Of a stretch of 60,678 nt of DNA, positions 44,781 to 54,384 are shown piece after piece. The stretch covers positions 1 through 60,678 of the forward strand of contig CANHCC010000001.1 in assembly GCA_947459115.1 (NCBI GenBank), read 5' to 3'. Source of the DNA: Bacteroidota bacterium. GTDB lineage: Bacteria > Bacteroidota > Bacteroidia > J057 > RFSG01. The position numbers and the translations under genes were made by a program. Numbering within the stretch: position 1 is the stretch's first letter; every line of letters starts with the position of its first letter. The notes under the pieces were generated by a model that was not told the origin of the DNA, did no database searches, and saw only the letters and a list, made by a program, of their open reading frames with translations.

Positions 44781-44808
44781 GAGCCACCCTTGGGTGGCTC
44801 TTTTATTT
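44781..44808 (+). terminator. Intrinsic terminator after the 43923 lipoprotein gene
   Basis: GAGCCACCC-TT-GGGTGGCTC (9-bp stem) followed by TTTTATTTT. It is preceded by an A-run, so it could act in both directions. Confidence 0.75.
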
Positions 44809-44820
44809 TAGGGCGAAATG

Positions 44821-44985
44821 GGTAAGTAACTAACCCTGGGGTAAGTAACTAACCGGTGGTAAGTAACTAACCCGGAGGTAAGTAACTAACCCGGTGGTAA
44901 GTAACTAACCCGGTGGTAAGTAACTAACCGGGGGTAAGTAACTAACCGGGAGGTAAGTAACTAACCCGGGGGTAAGTAACTAACC
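44821..44985 (+). repeat. Tandem array B: 9 copies of the 15-mer GGTAAGTAACTAACC with 3-4 nt G/C-rich spacers (CTGG, GGT, CGGA, CGGT, CGGT, GGG, GGGA, CGGG)
   Basis: Read directly. Units start at 44821, 44840, 44858, 44877, 44896, 44915, 44933, 44952 and 44971 (periods 18-19 nt). All nine cores are identical. The reverse complement GGTTAGTTACTTACC differs at one position from the array A core. Confidence 0.95.
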
Positions 44986-45028
44986 CGAATATGTAGGCAA
45001 CGAGAGGGTATTCTGTCTGAAGCAGGAA

Positions 45029-45060
45029 TAAAAAAGGCCGGAATCACTTCCGGCCTTTTC
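45029..45060 (-). terminator. Intrinsic (bidirectional) terminator downstream of the minus-strand 45078 gene
   Basis: GGCCGGAA-TCAC-TTCCGGCC, flanked by AAAAAA on one side and TTTTCTGTGTTTTTT on the other. Confidence 0.75.
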
Positions 45061-45077
45061 TGTGTTTTTTAAATATC

Positions 45078-45560
45078 TTATTGTTGATTGGGGTCGTACT
45101 CGAATACAATAATTTCAAATTGAGTGCCTCCTCCTGATGGAACAATTAATATGTAATTGTTTAATCCATTCGCGGTAACTTCCATTCTTGCGCCGGAAAG
45201 GCTGGTCGTATAAACAGTACCACCTCTTGCTGTGACCATATTGGCATATTGAGTGATAATCTGATTGTCATTTGCAGGGGCTACATTGGGCGCAATTGCA
45301 TACGAGTACCTTTTAAGGGTGCCAGTAATCGTATGATCGTGTGTATGGTTATGATTGTTGTTTGTAATGTAGTCCATTTGGGCATTGGGCCTATTACTGT
45401 AATTATAGATAAAGAAATTGGCAGGCCTGGAATTAAAGAGGGCGTGTTGTTGCACTCCTGGCATATCGGCTGTTGCGGTGAGTAGTTGACCTGATTGCGC
45501 AAATATTGCACCGGATCCAAGAAGAAATAAGCAAATAGCAGAGAAGAAGATGTTTTTCAT
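45078..45560 (-). CDS. Hypothetical secreted protein with a His-rich segment
   Basis: I trimmed the start to ATG 45560 (MKNIFFSAICLFLLGSGAIFAQ signal peptide). It contains NNNHNHTHDHT. I recognise no family. Confidence 0.55.
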   Translation of the reverse strand: MKNIFFSAICLFLLGSGAIFAQSGQLLTATADMPGVQQHALFNSRPANFFIYNYSNRPNAQMDYITNNNHNHTHDHTITGTLKRYSYAIAPNVAPANDNQIITQYANMVTARGGTVYTTSLSGARMEVTANGLNNYILIVPSGGGTQFEIIVFEYDPNQQ

Positions 45561-45749
45561 ATGGAGGATTTTAAACGGAAATAACGAAAAGGAACATGAC
45601 AAATATAAAAAACATAATTGAAAACAATCCCGGTATTGGGTAAGATTTGTGTTTACAATGTTAATTTTAGTGTCTGAAGGGTTAAAAAAAGGCGGTTTTC
45701 GGGTGTGAATAACTGGATTAGCAGGAAAAATAAAAAAGTGTAAAAAAAT

Positions 45750-45781
45750 GTTGCACAGTCCGGGAACAAGTGATAAATTTG
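45750..45781 (+). promoter_or_regulatory. Candidate promoter of the tRNA-tuf operon (-33-like GTTG 45750-45753, -7 TAAATTTG 45774-45781)
   Basis: Exact TAnnTTTG fit 25 nt upstream of the first tRNA, with 20-nt spacing to a TTG-containing element. Confidence 0.4.
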
Positions 45782-45805
45782 CAGTTCCTTTGAAAGAAGG
45801 TACCA

Positions 45806-45878
45806 GCCTCCTTAGCTCAGCTGGTAGAGCTACTGATTTGTAATCAGTAGGTCGGCGGTTCGAATCCGTCAGGAGGCT
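45806..45878 (+). tRNA. tRNA-Thr (anticodon TGT)
   Basis: Cloverleaf folded by hand: acceptor GCCTCCT/AGGAGGC, D-arm GCTC-AGCTGGTA-GAGC, anticodon arm ACTGA-TTTGTAA-TCAGT, T-arm GGCGG-TTCGAAT-CCGTC. Confidence 0.9.
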
Positions 45879-45926
45879 CAGTGATCTTTAAAGGTCAAAG
45901 TTCTTTCAGTACGAAATTAATCAGGC

Positions 45927-46009
45927 GGGGAGATACCAGAGTGGCCAAATGGGGCAGACTGTAAATCTGTTGTCTTACGACTTCGGAGGTTCGAATCCTC
46001 CTCTCCCCA
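45927..46009 (+). tRNA. tRNA-Tyr (anticodon GTA), long variable arm
   Basis: Acceptor GGGGAGA/TCTCCCC, anticodon loop CTGTAAA, long variable arm (TGTCTTACGACTTC region), T-loop GGTTCGAATCC. Confidence 0.88.
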
Positions 46010-46045
46010 CACCAACCCCTCATTCAGAGGGGCCTGAAAATATAA

Positions 46046-46118
46046 GCGAGAGTAGCTCAGTTGGTAGAGCATCAGCCTTCCAAGCTGAGGGTCGCGGGTT
46101 CGAGCCTCGTCTCTCGCT
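46046..46118 (+). tRNA. tRNA-Gly (anticodon TCC)
   Basis: Acceptor GCGAGAG/CTCTCGC, D-arm GCTC-AGTTGGTA-GAGC, anticodon arm TCAGC-CTTCCAA-GCTGA, T-loop TTCGAGC. Confidence 0.9.
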
Positions 46119-46123
46119 CATTA

Positions 46124-46196
46124 GCCAATGTAGCTCAGTAGGTAGAGCACATCCATGGTAAGGATGAGGTCACCAGTTCGATCCTGGTCATTGGCT
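46124..46196 (+). tRNA. tRNA-Thr (anticodon GGT)
   Basis: Acceptor GCCAATG/CATTGGC, anticodon arm CATCC-ATGGTAA-GGATG, T-arm ACCAG-TTCGATC-CTGGT. CCA follows the discriminator (46197-46199). Confidence 0.9.
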
Positions 46197-46251
46197 CCAT
46201 TAATTTCATACTGATTCAACTGTAAACCCTTTTCTATTCTGTATAAATATC

Positions 46252-47439
46252 ATGGCAAAAGAAACATTTGACCGCTCCAAACCACACGTTAACATCGGTA
46301 CCATTGGCCACGTGGATCATGGTAAAACGACGCTAACAGCTGCAATTACCTCTGTACTCGCTAAAGCGGGTTTATCTGAGGTTCGCGACTTCTCCTCTAT
46401 TGACAATGCACCTGAGGAAAAAGAGCGCGGTATCACTATCAATACTTCCCATGTGGAGTATTCAACAGCCAATCGCCACTATGCGCACGTTGACTGTCCA
46501 GGTCACGCGGATTATGTGAAAAACATGGTTACGGGTGCTGCACAGATGGACGGTGCAATCCTGGTGGTTGCCGCTACTGATGGTGCTATGCCCCAAACAA
46601 GAGAGCATATCCTGCTCGCTCGCCAGGTAGGTGTACCTTCCCTGGTTGTGTTCATGAATAAAGTGGACATGGTGGATGATCCAGAATTGCTCGAAATCGT
46701 GGAAATGGATATCCGCGAATTGTTGAGTTCTTATGGTTTCCCTGGTGACACTATTCCTGTAATCCAAGGTTCTGCTTTGGGTGGATTGAATGGCGAGCCT
46801 CAGTGGGAAGCTAAAATTATGGAATTGATGGAGGCTGTTGATGCTAACATTCCAATTCCTCCCCGTGCAGTTGATAAGCCATTCTTGATGCCTGTTGAGG
46901 ATGTGTTCTCTATCACTGGTCGTGGTACTGTTGCTACTGGTCGTATCGAAAGAGGTGTTATCAACTCTGGCGATCCGGTTGATATTATTGGCTTGGGTGC
47001 TGAAAATCTTAAGTCTACCGTTACAGGTGTGGAAATGTTCCGTAAAATTCTTGATCGTGGTGAAGCTGGTGACAACACTGGTCTTCTCCTAAGAGGTATC
47101 GAGAAATCAGATATTTCCCGCGGGATGGTAATCTGTGCTCCAGGTTCTGTAACACCACACATGAAATTCAAAGCTGAGGTGTATATCCTTAGCAAGGATG
47201 AAGGTGGTCGTCATACTCCGTTCTTCACCAACTACCGCCCTCAATTCTATTTCCGTACAACGGATGTAACAGGGGTTGTTTCTTTGCCAGCCGGCGTTGA
47301 AATGGTTATGCCTGGTGACAACATTACGGTAGAAGTTGAACTGATTTACCCCATCGCTATGGAAAAAGGTCTTCGCTTCGCTATGCGTGAAGGAGGTCGT
47401 ACCATCGGTGCCGGTCAGGTTACTGAAATCTTAGACTAA
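46252..47439 (+). CDS. tuf: Elongation factor Tu
   Basis: 395 aa with [18 protein letters not shown] and NKVD, and a full-length EF-Tu pattern. Confidence 0.98.
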   Translation: MAKETFDRSKPHVNIGTIGHVDHGKTTLTAAITSVLAKAGLSEVRDFSSIDNAPEEKERGITINTSHVEYSTANRHYAHVDCPGHADYVKNMVTGAAQMDGAILVVAATDGAMPQTREHILLARQVGVPSLVVFMNKVDMVDDPELLEIVEMDIRELLSSYGFPGDTIPVIQGSALGGLNGEPQWEAKIMELMEAVDANIPIPPRAVDKPFLMPVEDVFSITGRGTVATGRIERGVINSGDPVDIIGLGAENLKSTVTGVEMFRKILDRGEAGDNTGLLLRGIEKSDISRGMVICAPGSVTPHMKFKAEVYILSKDEGGRHTPFFTNYRPQFYFRTTDVTGVVSLPAGVEMVMPGDNITVEVELIYPIAMEKGLRFAMREGGRTIGAGQVTEILD

Positions 47440-47451
47440 TTTAACAGGTTT

Positions 47452-47524
47452 ACGGGCATAGCTCAATTGGTAGAGTGGCGGTCTCCAAAACCGTAGGTTG
47501 AGGGTTCAAATCCTTCTGCCCGTG
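47452..47524 (+). tRNA. tRNA-Trp (anticodon CCA)
   Basis: Acceptor ACGGGCA/TGCCCGT, D-arm GCTC-AATTGGTA-GAGT, anticodon arm GCGGT-CTCCAAA-ACCGT, T-loop TTCAAAT. Confidence 0.88.
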
Positions 47525-47536
47525 CAAGAACACCAA

Positions 47537-47734
47537 ATGGAAAAACTGAGATCGTTCTTTAAAGAATATTCCGAAGAATTGCTGTACAAGGTACAGTGGC
47601 CAACGCTTGAAGAGTTACAGTCAAGTACCGTGACGGTATTTGTCGCTTCCCTGATGATAGCTCTCGTCGTCGCGCTAATGGATTTTGTATTTAGCAATGG
47701 TTTAGATTATGTCTATTCCCTTATCTTCTCTTAA
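47537..47734 (+). CDS. secE: Preprotein translocase subunit SecE
   Basis: I trimmed the start to ATG 47537 (the track ORF starts inside tRNA-Trp). 65 aa with EL.KV.WPT..E and a single C-terminal TM segment. It occupies the conserved position before nusG. Confidence 0.85.
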   Translation: MEKLRSFFKEYSEELLYKVQWPTLEELQSSTVTVFVASLMIALVVALMDFVFSNGLDYVYSLIFS

Positions 47735-47758
47735 TAAACAGACCGGCAACACACATAT

Positions 47759-48292
47759 ATGAACTGGTATGTCATTCGGGCCATTAGCGGTCAGGAAAAA
47801 AAAGTAAAGCAATATCTTGATTCTGAAATTCAGAGATTAAAGATGGAGCGGGCTATTAGTCAAATCCTGATCCCTACTGAAAAGGTATTTGAAATGCGCA
47901 ATGGCAAAAAGAAAGTCCGTGAAAGGAGTTTCCTGCCTGGGTACATTCTCATAGAGGCTGATTTGCAACCCGAAGTCCTACAGGCAATTAAAGATGTGCC
48001 CGGCGTTATAGGCTTCCTAGGAGGAGAAAAAGGACAGGCACCAGAGCCAATCCGAAAATCTGAAGTAAATAAGATTTTGGGTAAGGTGGATGAGGTCAAC
48101 GAACAGGGCGAAATGCCGGAAACCCCGTTCTATGTTGGCGAGCCTGTCAAAGTAATGGATGGCCCCTTCAATGGTTTCAGTGGCGTGATTGATGAAGTCA
48201 TGGCTGACAAGAAAAAATTGAAGGTGATTGTAAAAATCTTTGGTCGGAATACCCCGGTAGAACTTAATTACCTACAAGTCGAAAAAGAATAG
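47759..48292 (+). CDS. nusG: Transcription termination/antitermination factor NusG
   Basis: 177 aa with WYV....G.E.KV, a C-terminal KOW motif ([18 protein letters not shown]), and conserved context. Confidence 0.95.
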   Translation: MNWYVIRAISGQEKKVKQYLDSEIQRLKMERAISQILIPTEKVFEMRNGKKKVRERSFLPGYILIEADLQPEVLQAIKDVPGVIGFLGGEKGQAPEPIRKSEVNKILGKVDEVNEQGEMPETPFYVGEPVKVMDGPFNGFSGVIDEVMADKKKLKVIVKIFGRNTPVELNYLQVEKE

Positions 48293-48293
48293 T

Positions 48294-48737
48294 ATGGCTA
48301 AGGAAATCGAAACCTATATAAAACTCCAGGTGAAGGGTGGCGCTGCCAACCCTGCCCCCCCAATCGGTCCCGCACTCGGTTCAAAAGGGGTTAACATCAT
48401 GGAGTTTTGCAAGCAGTTCAACGCCAGAACCCAGGATAAACCAGGTCAGATATTACCGGTATTAATTACCGTTTACACTGATAAAAGTTTTGATTTTGTT
48501 ATCAAAACTCCACCTGCTCCGGTTTTGTTAATGAACGCAGCAAAAATCCAGTCCGGTTCCAAAGAACCTAACCGTTTAAAAGTCGGTAAGGTTACCTGGG
48601 AGCAGATACAGGAAATCGCTCAAACCAAAATGCCTGATTTGAATGCGTTCAAATTAGAGTCTGCCATGCGAATGGTAGCTGGAACCGCCCGTAGCATGGG
48701 TATCACAGTAGAGGGGAAAGCCCCTTGGGATAATTAA
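48294..48737 (+). CDS. rplK: 50S ribosomal protein L11
   Basis: 147 aa; the pattern [32 protein letters not shown] is diagnostic. Confidence 0.97.
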   Translation: MAKEIETYIKLQVKGGAANPAPPIGPALGSKGVNIMEFCKQFNARTQDKPGQILPVLITVYTDKSFDFVIKTPPAPVLLMNAAKIQSGSKEPNRLKVGKVTWEQIQEIAQTKMPDLNAFKLESAMRMVAGTARSMGITVEGKAPWDN

Positions 48738-48749
48738 TTCTGAAAGGTC

Positions 48750-49448
48750 ATGACAAAGTTTTCCAAAAAGCATAAGCTGGCTATGGGGGCCTATGATGCC
48801 ACCAAAAGCTATCCTCTGAAAGAGGCTGCTGACATCGTGAAAAAAATCACCTACACAAAATTTAACGCCTCTGTTGATATCGATGTCCGTTTGGGAGTTG
48901 ATCCTAAGCAGGCGAATCAAATGGTAAGAGGGGTTGCCTCTCTGCCTCATGGTATCGGTAAAGAAGTGCGTGTACTTGTTCTTGCAAATGCGGACAAAGA
49001 AGCCGATGCAAAAGCTGCGGGTGCTGATTACTTCGGTTTGGATGATTATATCTCCAAAATCGAAAAAGGATGGACCGATATTGATGTGATCATCTGTACA
49101 CCGGATGTGATGGCAAAGGTAGGTCGTTTGGGTAGAGTGTTGGGACCAAGAGGTCTTATGCCAAACCCAAAGAGTGGTACGGTTACCACAGACATCGCCA
49201 AAGCTGTAACTGAAGTAAAGGCTGGTAAGATAGATTTTAAAGTTGACAAGACCGGAATCATTCACACCACCATTGGAAAAGTTGGATTTACCTCCGAGCA
49301 ATTAGCTGAAAATGCAGCTGAGTTGATTCAGGTATTAAGTAAATTGAAACCATCTTCTGCAAAAGGCACTTACTTCCGTTCCATCAACCTTTCCAGTACA
49401 ATGAGCCCAGGCGTAAAGATTGACAAATCTTCTGTCGCCGGAATTTAA
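48750..49448 (+). CDS. rplA: 50S ribosomal protein L1
   Basis: 232 aa with the L1 pattern ([35 protein letters not shown]). Confidence 0.97.
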   Translation: MTKFSKKHKLAMGAYDATKSYPLKEAADIVKKITYTKFNASVDIDVRLGVDPKQANQMVRGVASLPHGIGKEVRVLVLANADKEADAKAAGADYFGLDDYISKIEKGWTDIDVIICTPDVMAKVGRLGRVLGPRGLMPNPKSGTVTTDIAKAVTEVKAGKIDFKVDKTGIIHTTIGKVGFTSEQLAENAAELIQVLSKLKPSSAKGTYFRSINLSSTMSPGVKIDKSSVAGI

Positions 49449-49470
49449 ACCCTGTTAACCTGAAGTTAAA

Positions 49471-50001
49471 ATGACAAAAGATCAGAAAATAGCACATGTT
49501 CAGGAGTTGGCGGAAAAATTTAAGAGTTTCCCTCACTTCTACATAGCCGATACAGGGGGCCTGACAGTGGCTCAGGTCAATTCCCTTAGGGCAAAGTGCT
49601 TTGAAGCAAACATTGAAATGCGTGTGGTGAAGAATACGCTCATCCGCAAAGCATTAGAACAAACAGGGGAAGACTACAGTGGACTTTATAGTGCGCTGAA
49701 ACAGACTTCCGCCGTGTTCTTTATTAAAGAAAACCCGAATAAGCCAGCTAAGCTTATCAAGGAGTATCGCACTGCCGGAAAAACAGAAAAACCGGTACTA
49801 AAGGGCGCTTTCGTCGAGTCATCTGTTTTTCTGGGTGACGCTTCCCTCGAACAATTGATTGCCCTGAAGTCCAAAGAAGAGCTTATCGGAGATATTATCG
49901 GGCTCCTTCAGTCTCCTGCAAAAAATGTTATCTCTGGCCTTAAATCAGGCGGTGGTAAACTGGCAGGTATATTGAAAACACTTTCCGAAAAACAACAGTA
50001 G
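49471..50001 (+). CDS. rplJ: 50S ribosomal protein L10
   Basis: 176 aa. Assigned from its position between rplA and rplL and an L10-like N-terminal pattern (GLTV.Q...LR......E..V.KNTL). Confidence 0.93.
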   Translation: MTKDQKIAHVQELAEKFKSFPHFYIADTGGLTVAQVNSLRAKCFEANIEMRVVKNTLIRKALEQTGEDYSGLYSALKQTSAVFFIKENPNKPAKLIKEYRTAGKTEKPVLKGAFVESSVFLGDASLEQLIALKSKEELIGDIIGLLQSPAKNVISGLKSGGGKLAGILKTLSEKQQ

Positions 50002-50025
50002 TAAAAACTTTTAAACAATCAATCA

Positions 50026-50406
50026 ATGGCAGACTTAAAAGCATTCGCTGAGCAACTCGTAAATCTTACTGTAAAAGAAGTAAATGAGTTGGCTGAAATT
50101 CTTAAAAATGATTACGGAATCGAGCCAGCAGCCGCTGCTCCCGTAATGATGGCTGGTGGTCCTGCAGCTGGAGGTGGCGATGCCGCTGAAGCTCAGACAG
50201 AATTCACTGTAGTTCTTAAATCCGCTGGAGCTAAAAAACTTGAAGTTGTTAAAGTGGTGAAAAACATCACTGGCCTTGGCTTGAAAGAAGCTAAAGACCT
50301 TGTGGACAATGCACCAGGTAACATCAAAGAAAAGGTTTCTAAAGAAGAAGCCGAAAACATCAAAGCTCAGCTCGTTGAGGCAGGCGCCGAAATTGAGCTT
50401 AAGTAA
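50026..50406 (+). CDS. rplL: 50S ribosomal protein L7/L12
   Basis: 126 aa with an Ala/Gly-rich hinge and a C-terminal domain pattern (KL.V.K.V...[12 protein letters not shown]...P..IKE.VSKEEAE.IKAQLEEAGA). Confidence 0.97.
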   Translation: MADLKAFAEQLVNLTVKEVNELAEILKNDYGIEPAAAAPVMMAGGPAAGGGDAAEAQTEFTVVLKSAGAKKLEVVKVVKNITGLGLKEAKDLVDNAPGNIKEKVSKEEAENIKAQLVEAGAEIELK

Positions 50407-50424
50407 TCTCTACTCAGCTGGTTC

Positions 50425-50450
50425 GGACGGAGTTAAGCACTCCGTCCTTT
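50425..50450 (+). terminator. Hairpin after rplL; probable partial terminator or attenuator ahead of rpoB
   Basis: GGACGGAGT-TAAGC-ACTCCGTCC (9-bp stem) followed by only TTT. An outer CAGC...GCTG pairing is possible. Confidence 0.55.
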
Positions 50451-50468
50451 CCCGCTGATGTCGGCCTC

Positions 50469-50503
50469 AGACCTGTAAAATGTTGCAGGTCTTTTGCCGT
50501 TTT
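50469..50503 (+). terminator. Second hairpin with a T-rich tail in the rplL-rpoB spacer
   Basis: AGACCTG-TAAAATGTTG-CAGGTCT followed by TTTGCCGTTTT. Confidence 0.4.
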
Positions 50504-50553
50504 ACCCGTTTTCAGCTTTGCCTTTAATCCCTTTTTAATTCTTTCCGATTCGC

Positions 50554-53500
50554 ATGTTAGCAAATATTCATAAAAACGACCGGATTTCGTTCTCCAAACT
50601 AAAAAAGCAATTCGAATACCCCGATTTGCTTGAAATCCAGATAAAGTCATTTAAAGAATTCATGCAACTTGAAACGCCGCCTGATAAAAGGACGGACGAA
50701 GGGTTGCATAAAGTGTTTCAGGAAAATTTTCCAATCTCAGATGCTCGCGAAAATTTTATCCTTGAGTTTCAGGACTATTACATTGATCCCCCAAAATACG
50801 ATATTGACGAATGCAAAGAGAGAGGGCTTACTTATGCGGTCCCTCTAAAAGCAAAGCTATATTTATATTGTACCGATGCGGAGAATGACGACTTCGAACC
50901 GGTAGTTCAGGAGGTCTATCTCGGGAACATCCCGTATATGACCCCATCCGGCACATTCATTATCAATGGTGCTGAAAGAGTAATTGTAAGTCAGTTACAT
51001 CGTTCCCCTGGTGTATTCTTTGGGCAAAGCGTTCATGCCAACGGTACAAGGCTATATTCAGCTCGTATCATCCCCTTCAAAGGGTCTTGGGTTGAATTTG
51101 CGACGGATGTGAACAATATCATGTATGCTTACATTGATCGCAAAAAGAAATTCCCCGTTACGACATTGTTGCGGGCTATCGGGTATTCTTCCGATAAAGA
51201 TATTCTGGAAATATTCGGACTCTCCGAGGAAGTCAAGGCCAATAAGGCAAACCTCAAAAAGGCAGTAGGTCGTAAACTAGCTGCAAGGGTACTCAAAACC
51301 TGGACGGAGGATTTTGTGGATGAGGATACCGGAGAAGTGGTGAGTATTCAAAGAAATGAAGTGATCCTCGAAAGAGATCATATCCTCAAAGATGAGGATG
51401 TGGATTTGATTATTGACTCAGCTCAGAAATCTGTGATTCTGATGTCTGAAAGCAATAACAACAACGAATACAGTATTATCTACAATACCCTTCAAAAAGA
51501 CAGCTCAAATTCAGAAAAAGAAGCAATTGAGCTGATCTATCGTCAGCTTCGCAATGCCGAGGCTCCTGACGAAGAGACTGCAAGAGGGATAATCGATAAG
51601 TTGTTCTTCTCAGATAAGCGTTACGATCTTGGAGAAGTTGGGCGTTTCCGTCTCAATAAAAGATTGCATGGGGATTCCGAAGAAACCAGTCAGGTTTTAA
51701 CCAAGAAAGATATTATTCGGATTGTTCAGTTTATCATTGAATTGCTGAACAGTAAAGCCAATGTGGATGATATTGACCACTTAAGTAACCGTCGTGTTCG
51801 TACCGTAGGAGAGCAGCTTCATGCACAATTTGGTGTAGGGCTTTCTCGTATGGCGCGCACCATTCGTGAAAGAATGAACATCCGGGATAATGAGGTCTTT
51901 ACGCCTGCAGATTTGATTAATGCACGGACGCTTTCCAGTGTAATCAATTCTTTCTTTGGTACAAATCAGCTCAGCCAATTTATGGATCAAACCAATCCAT
52001 TGGCGGAGATTACGCACAAAAGAAGAATGTCTGCCCTTGGCCCTGGTGGTCTTTCCCGTGAAAGAGCCGGTTTCGAGGTCAGGGACGTTCACTATACCCA
52101 TTACGGAAGACTTTGTCCGATTGAAACTCCGGAAGGTCCAAACATCGGTCTTATTTCCTCTCTCTGTGTGTTCGCTAAAGTAAATCCTCTTGGATTTATT
52201 GAAACGCCTTATCGCCTTGTAAAAGATGGTAAAGTGTCGGATGATATCCGATACATGAGCGCTGAGGAAGAAGATAATATCACAATTGCTCAGTCTCAGG
52301 TTGCCCTGGATGAAAAAGGTCGCTTCACAGAAGAAAATATTCAGGCAAGGATACAAGGGGATTTCCCCAAAGTAAGTAAGGACGAAATTAATCTGATGGA
52401 TGTTGCCCCAAATCAGATTGTAAGTCTTGCCGCGTCCCTGATTCCTTTCCTTGAACATGATGATGCTAACCGTGCGCTCATGGGCTCGAACATGCAGCGT
52501 CAGGCAGTACCTTTGCTAACTGCTGAAGCGCCTATTGTTGGAACCGGTATCGAAAGAAGAGCTGCTGTGGATTCCAGAGCACTCATCATTGCTAAAGGCA
52601 AAGGGGTTGTTGAATTTGTGGATGGGAATAGTATCGTGGTTCGTTATGACAGAAATGCAGATGAAGACTTAGTGTCTTTTGATACAAATGTCGTAACCTA
52701 TAAAATTCCTAAATTTAGAAGGACCAATCAAAGCACCTGCGTAAACTTAAAGCCAATTGTTAAAACCGGTGATAAAGTTGAAGAAGGCTCGATTTTGGTT
52801 GAAGGATATTCTACACAGACCGGTGAATTGGCCTTGGGTAAAAACTTACTGGTGGCATTCATGCCATGGCAAGGTTACAACTTTGAGGATGCTATCGTGA
52901 TTTCCGAAAAGGTGGTCATGCAGGATGTGTTTACTTCTATTCACATTGACGAGTACGAACTTCAGGTTCGCGACACTAAGCGCGGCCAGGAAGAATTAAC
53001 TTCTGAAATTCCGAATGTAAGCGAAGAGGCTACCCGTAACCTGGATTTAAATGGCCTTATTCGTGTGGGGTCTGAGGTTAGGGAAGGCGATATTCTTATA
53101 GGGAAAATTACCCCTAAAGGAGAAACCGACCCAACGCCGGAAGAAAAACTCCTTCGTGCCATCTTTGGTGATAAAGCCGGTGATGTGAAGGATGCATCCC
53201 TGAAAGCACCTCCATCTGTAAGAGGGGTTGTTATCGATAATAAACTTTTCTCAAAAGACAGAAGAGATACCAAGTCCAAAAACAACGAGAAAAAATTACT
53301 CGCTGAACTTGAGACAGTATATACTGCTAATATCTCTGATCTGAATAAGTCCATGATTGAGAAATTATTGCGTGTGCTGGGCGATCAAAAGGTCAACAGC
53401 GTGCGGAATAAATACAACGAGGATGTTATCGGGTCCGGTAAGAAGTTTTCAGAAAAAGCATTGAGTGGTATTAATTTCAATGACCTGAATCCATCAGATT

Positions 53501-54360
53501 GGACCAACGATGAAAAAACCAATACACTGGTCAAAGAATTGTTCCACAATTACAAGCGTCGTTTCAATGAAATCGATGGTCGTTACAAGCGGGATAAATA
53601 TCAGGTTAGTGTTGGAGATGAACTTCCCCCCGGAATCATCAAATTGGCCAAGGTTTATGTCGCCAACAAGCGTAAGCTAAAAGTAGGAGATAAGATGGCC
53701 GGTCGTCACGGTAATAAAGGGGTCGTAGCGAAAATCGTGCGGGAGGAAGATATGCCATTCCTGGAAGACGGAACACCGGTGGATATTGTCTTGAATCCAC
53801 TTGGGGTACCTTCAAGGATGAACTTGGGTCAGATTTATGAAACCGTACTGGGTTGGGCCGGAAGGAAATTGGGGGTTAAATTTTCCACGCCCATCTTCGA
53901 TGGTGCCTCTTCTGATGAAGTGAACGACTACCTTGAAAAAGCTAAGCTGCCACCTTACGGTAGAACTTTCCTCTATGATGGTCAAACGGGAGATCGTTTT
54001 GATCAGCCAACCACTGTGGGAATTATTTACATGCTCAAACTGGGTCACCTGGTAGATGATAAGATGCATGCCCGTTCTATTGGTCCATACTCTCTCATTA
54101 CCCAGCAACCATTGGGTGGTAAAGCACAATTCGGGGGTCAGCGTTTCGGGGAAATGGAAGTTTGGGCACTGGAGGCATTCGGTGCATCTCATATCCTTCA
54201 GGAACTTCTGACTGTGAAGTCGGATGATGTGATTGGAAGGGCCAAAACCTATGAATCCATTGTGAAAGGTGATAATGTCCCTGTTCCCAATATCCCTGAA
54301 TCTTTCAATGTGTTATTACACGAGTTGAGAGGCTTGGCCTTAGAAATAACTTTAGATTAA
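50554..54360 (+). CDS. rpoB: DNA-directed RNA polymerase subunit beta
   Basis: 1268 aa with an N-terminal RISF...[10 protein letters not shown], the rif-region pattern ([30 protein letters not shown]), and NMQRQAVP. Confidence 0.98.
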   Translation: MLANIHKNDRISFSKLKKQFEYPDLLEIQIKSFKEFMQLETPPDKRTDEGLHKVFQENFPISDARENFILEFQDYYIDPPKYDIDECKERGLTYAVPLKAKLYLYCTDAENDDFEPVVQEVYLGNIPYMTPSGTFIINGAERVIVSQLHRSPGVFFGQSVHANGTRLYSARIIPFKGSWVEFATDVNNIMYAYIDRKKKFPVTTLLRAIGYSSDKDILEIFGLSEEVKANKANLKKAVGRKLAARVLKTWTEDFVDEDTGEVVSIQRNEVILERDHILKDEDVDLIIDSAQKSVILMSESNNNNEYSIIYNTLQKDSSNSEKEAIELIYRQLRNAEAPDEETARGIIDKLFFSDKRYDLGEVGRFRLNKRLHGDSEETSQVLTKKDIIRIVQFIIELLNSKANVDDIDHLSNRRVRTVGEQLHAQFGVGLSRMARTIRERMNIRDNEVFTPADLINARTLSSVINSFFGTNQLSQFMDQTNPLAEITHKRRMSALGPGGLSRERAGFEVRDVHYTHYGRLCPIETPEGPNIGLISSLCVFAKVNPLGFIETPYRLVKDGKVSDDIRYMSAEEEDNITIAQSQVALDEKGRFTEENIQARIQGDFPKVSKDEINLMDVAPNQIVSLAASLIPFLEHDDANRALMGSNMQRQAVPLLTAEAPIVGTGIERRAAVDSRALIIAKGKGVVEFVDGNSIVVRYDRNADEDLVSFDTNVVTYKIPKFRRTNQSTCVNLKPIVKTGDKVEEGSILVEGYSTQTGELALGKNLLVAFMPWQGYNFEDAIVISEKVVMQDVFTSIHIDEYELQVRDTKRGQEELTSEIPNVSEEATRNLDLNGLIRVGSEVREGDILIGKITPKGETDPTPEEKLLRAIFGDKAGDVKDASLKAPPSVRGVVIDNKLFSKDRRDTKSKNNEKKLLAELETVYTANISDLNKSMIEKLLRVLGDQKVNSVRNKYNEDVIGSGKKFSEKALSGINFNDLNPSDWTNDEKTNTLVKELFHNYKRRFNEIDGRYKRDKYQVSVGDELPPGIIKLAKVYVANKRKLKVGDKMAGRHGNKGVVAKIVREEDMPFLEDGTPVDIVLNPLGVPSRMNLGQIYETVLGWAGRKLGVKFSTPIFDGASSDEVNDYLEKAKLPPYGRTFLYDGQTGDRFDQPTTVGIIYMLKLGHLVDDKMHARSIGPYSLITQQPLGGKAQFGGQRFGEMEVWALEAFGASHILQELLTVKSDDVIGRAKTYESIVKGDNVPVPNIPESFNVLLHELRGLALEITLD

Positions 54361-54384
54361 TCATTTCCGGAGAAAATTTAGTCC

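Noticed and set aside
44821-44985. The core GGTAAGTAACTAACC contains GTAAGT and ACTAAC, which resemble the eukaryotic 5' splice site and the yeast branch-point consensus.
   Set aside because: The genomic context is clearly bacterial, the sites are tandemly repeated in non-coding DNA, and no intron-like architecture or group II intron features are present. I treat it as coincidence.
45949-46161. 70-aa ORF across the tRNA cluster.
   Set aside because: It is fully explained by tRNA-Tyr, tRNA-Gly and tRNA-Thr, which fold into canonical cloverleaves.
48654-49301. 215-aa minus-strand ORF antisense to rplA. Similar long antisense ORFs lie in rpoB (51781..52458), rpoC (56698..57228, 57493..57993), serS (33257..33610) and the ATPase gene (36401..36799, 37319..37726).
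   Set aside because: They are antisense to highly conserved genes, have no recognisable motifs and have skewed composition. These are typical shadow ORFs.
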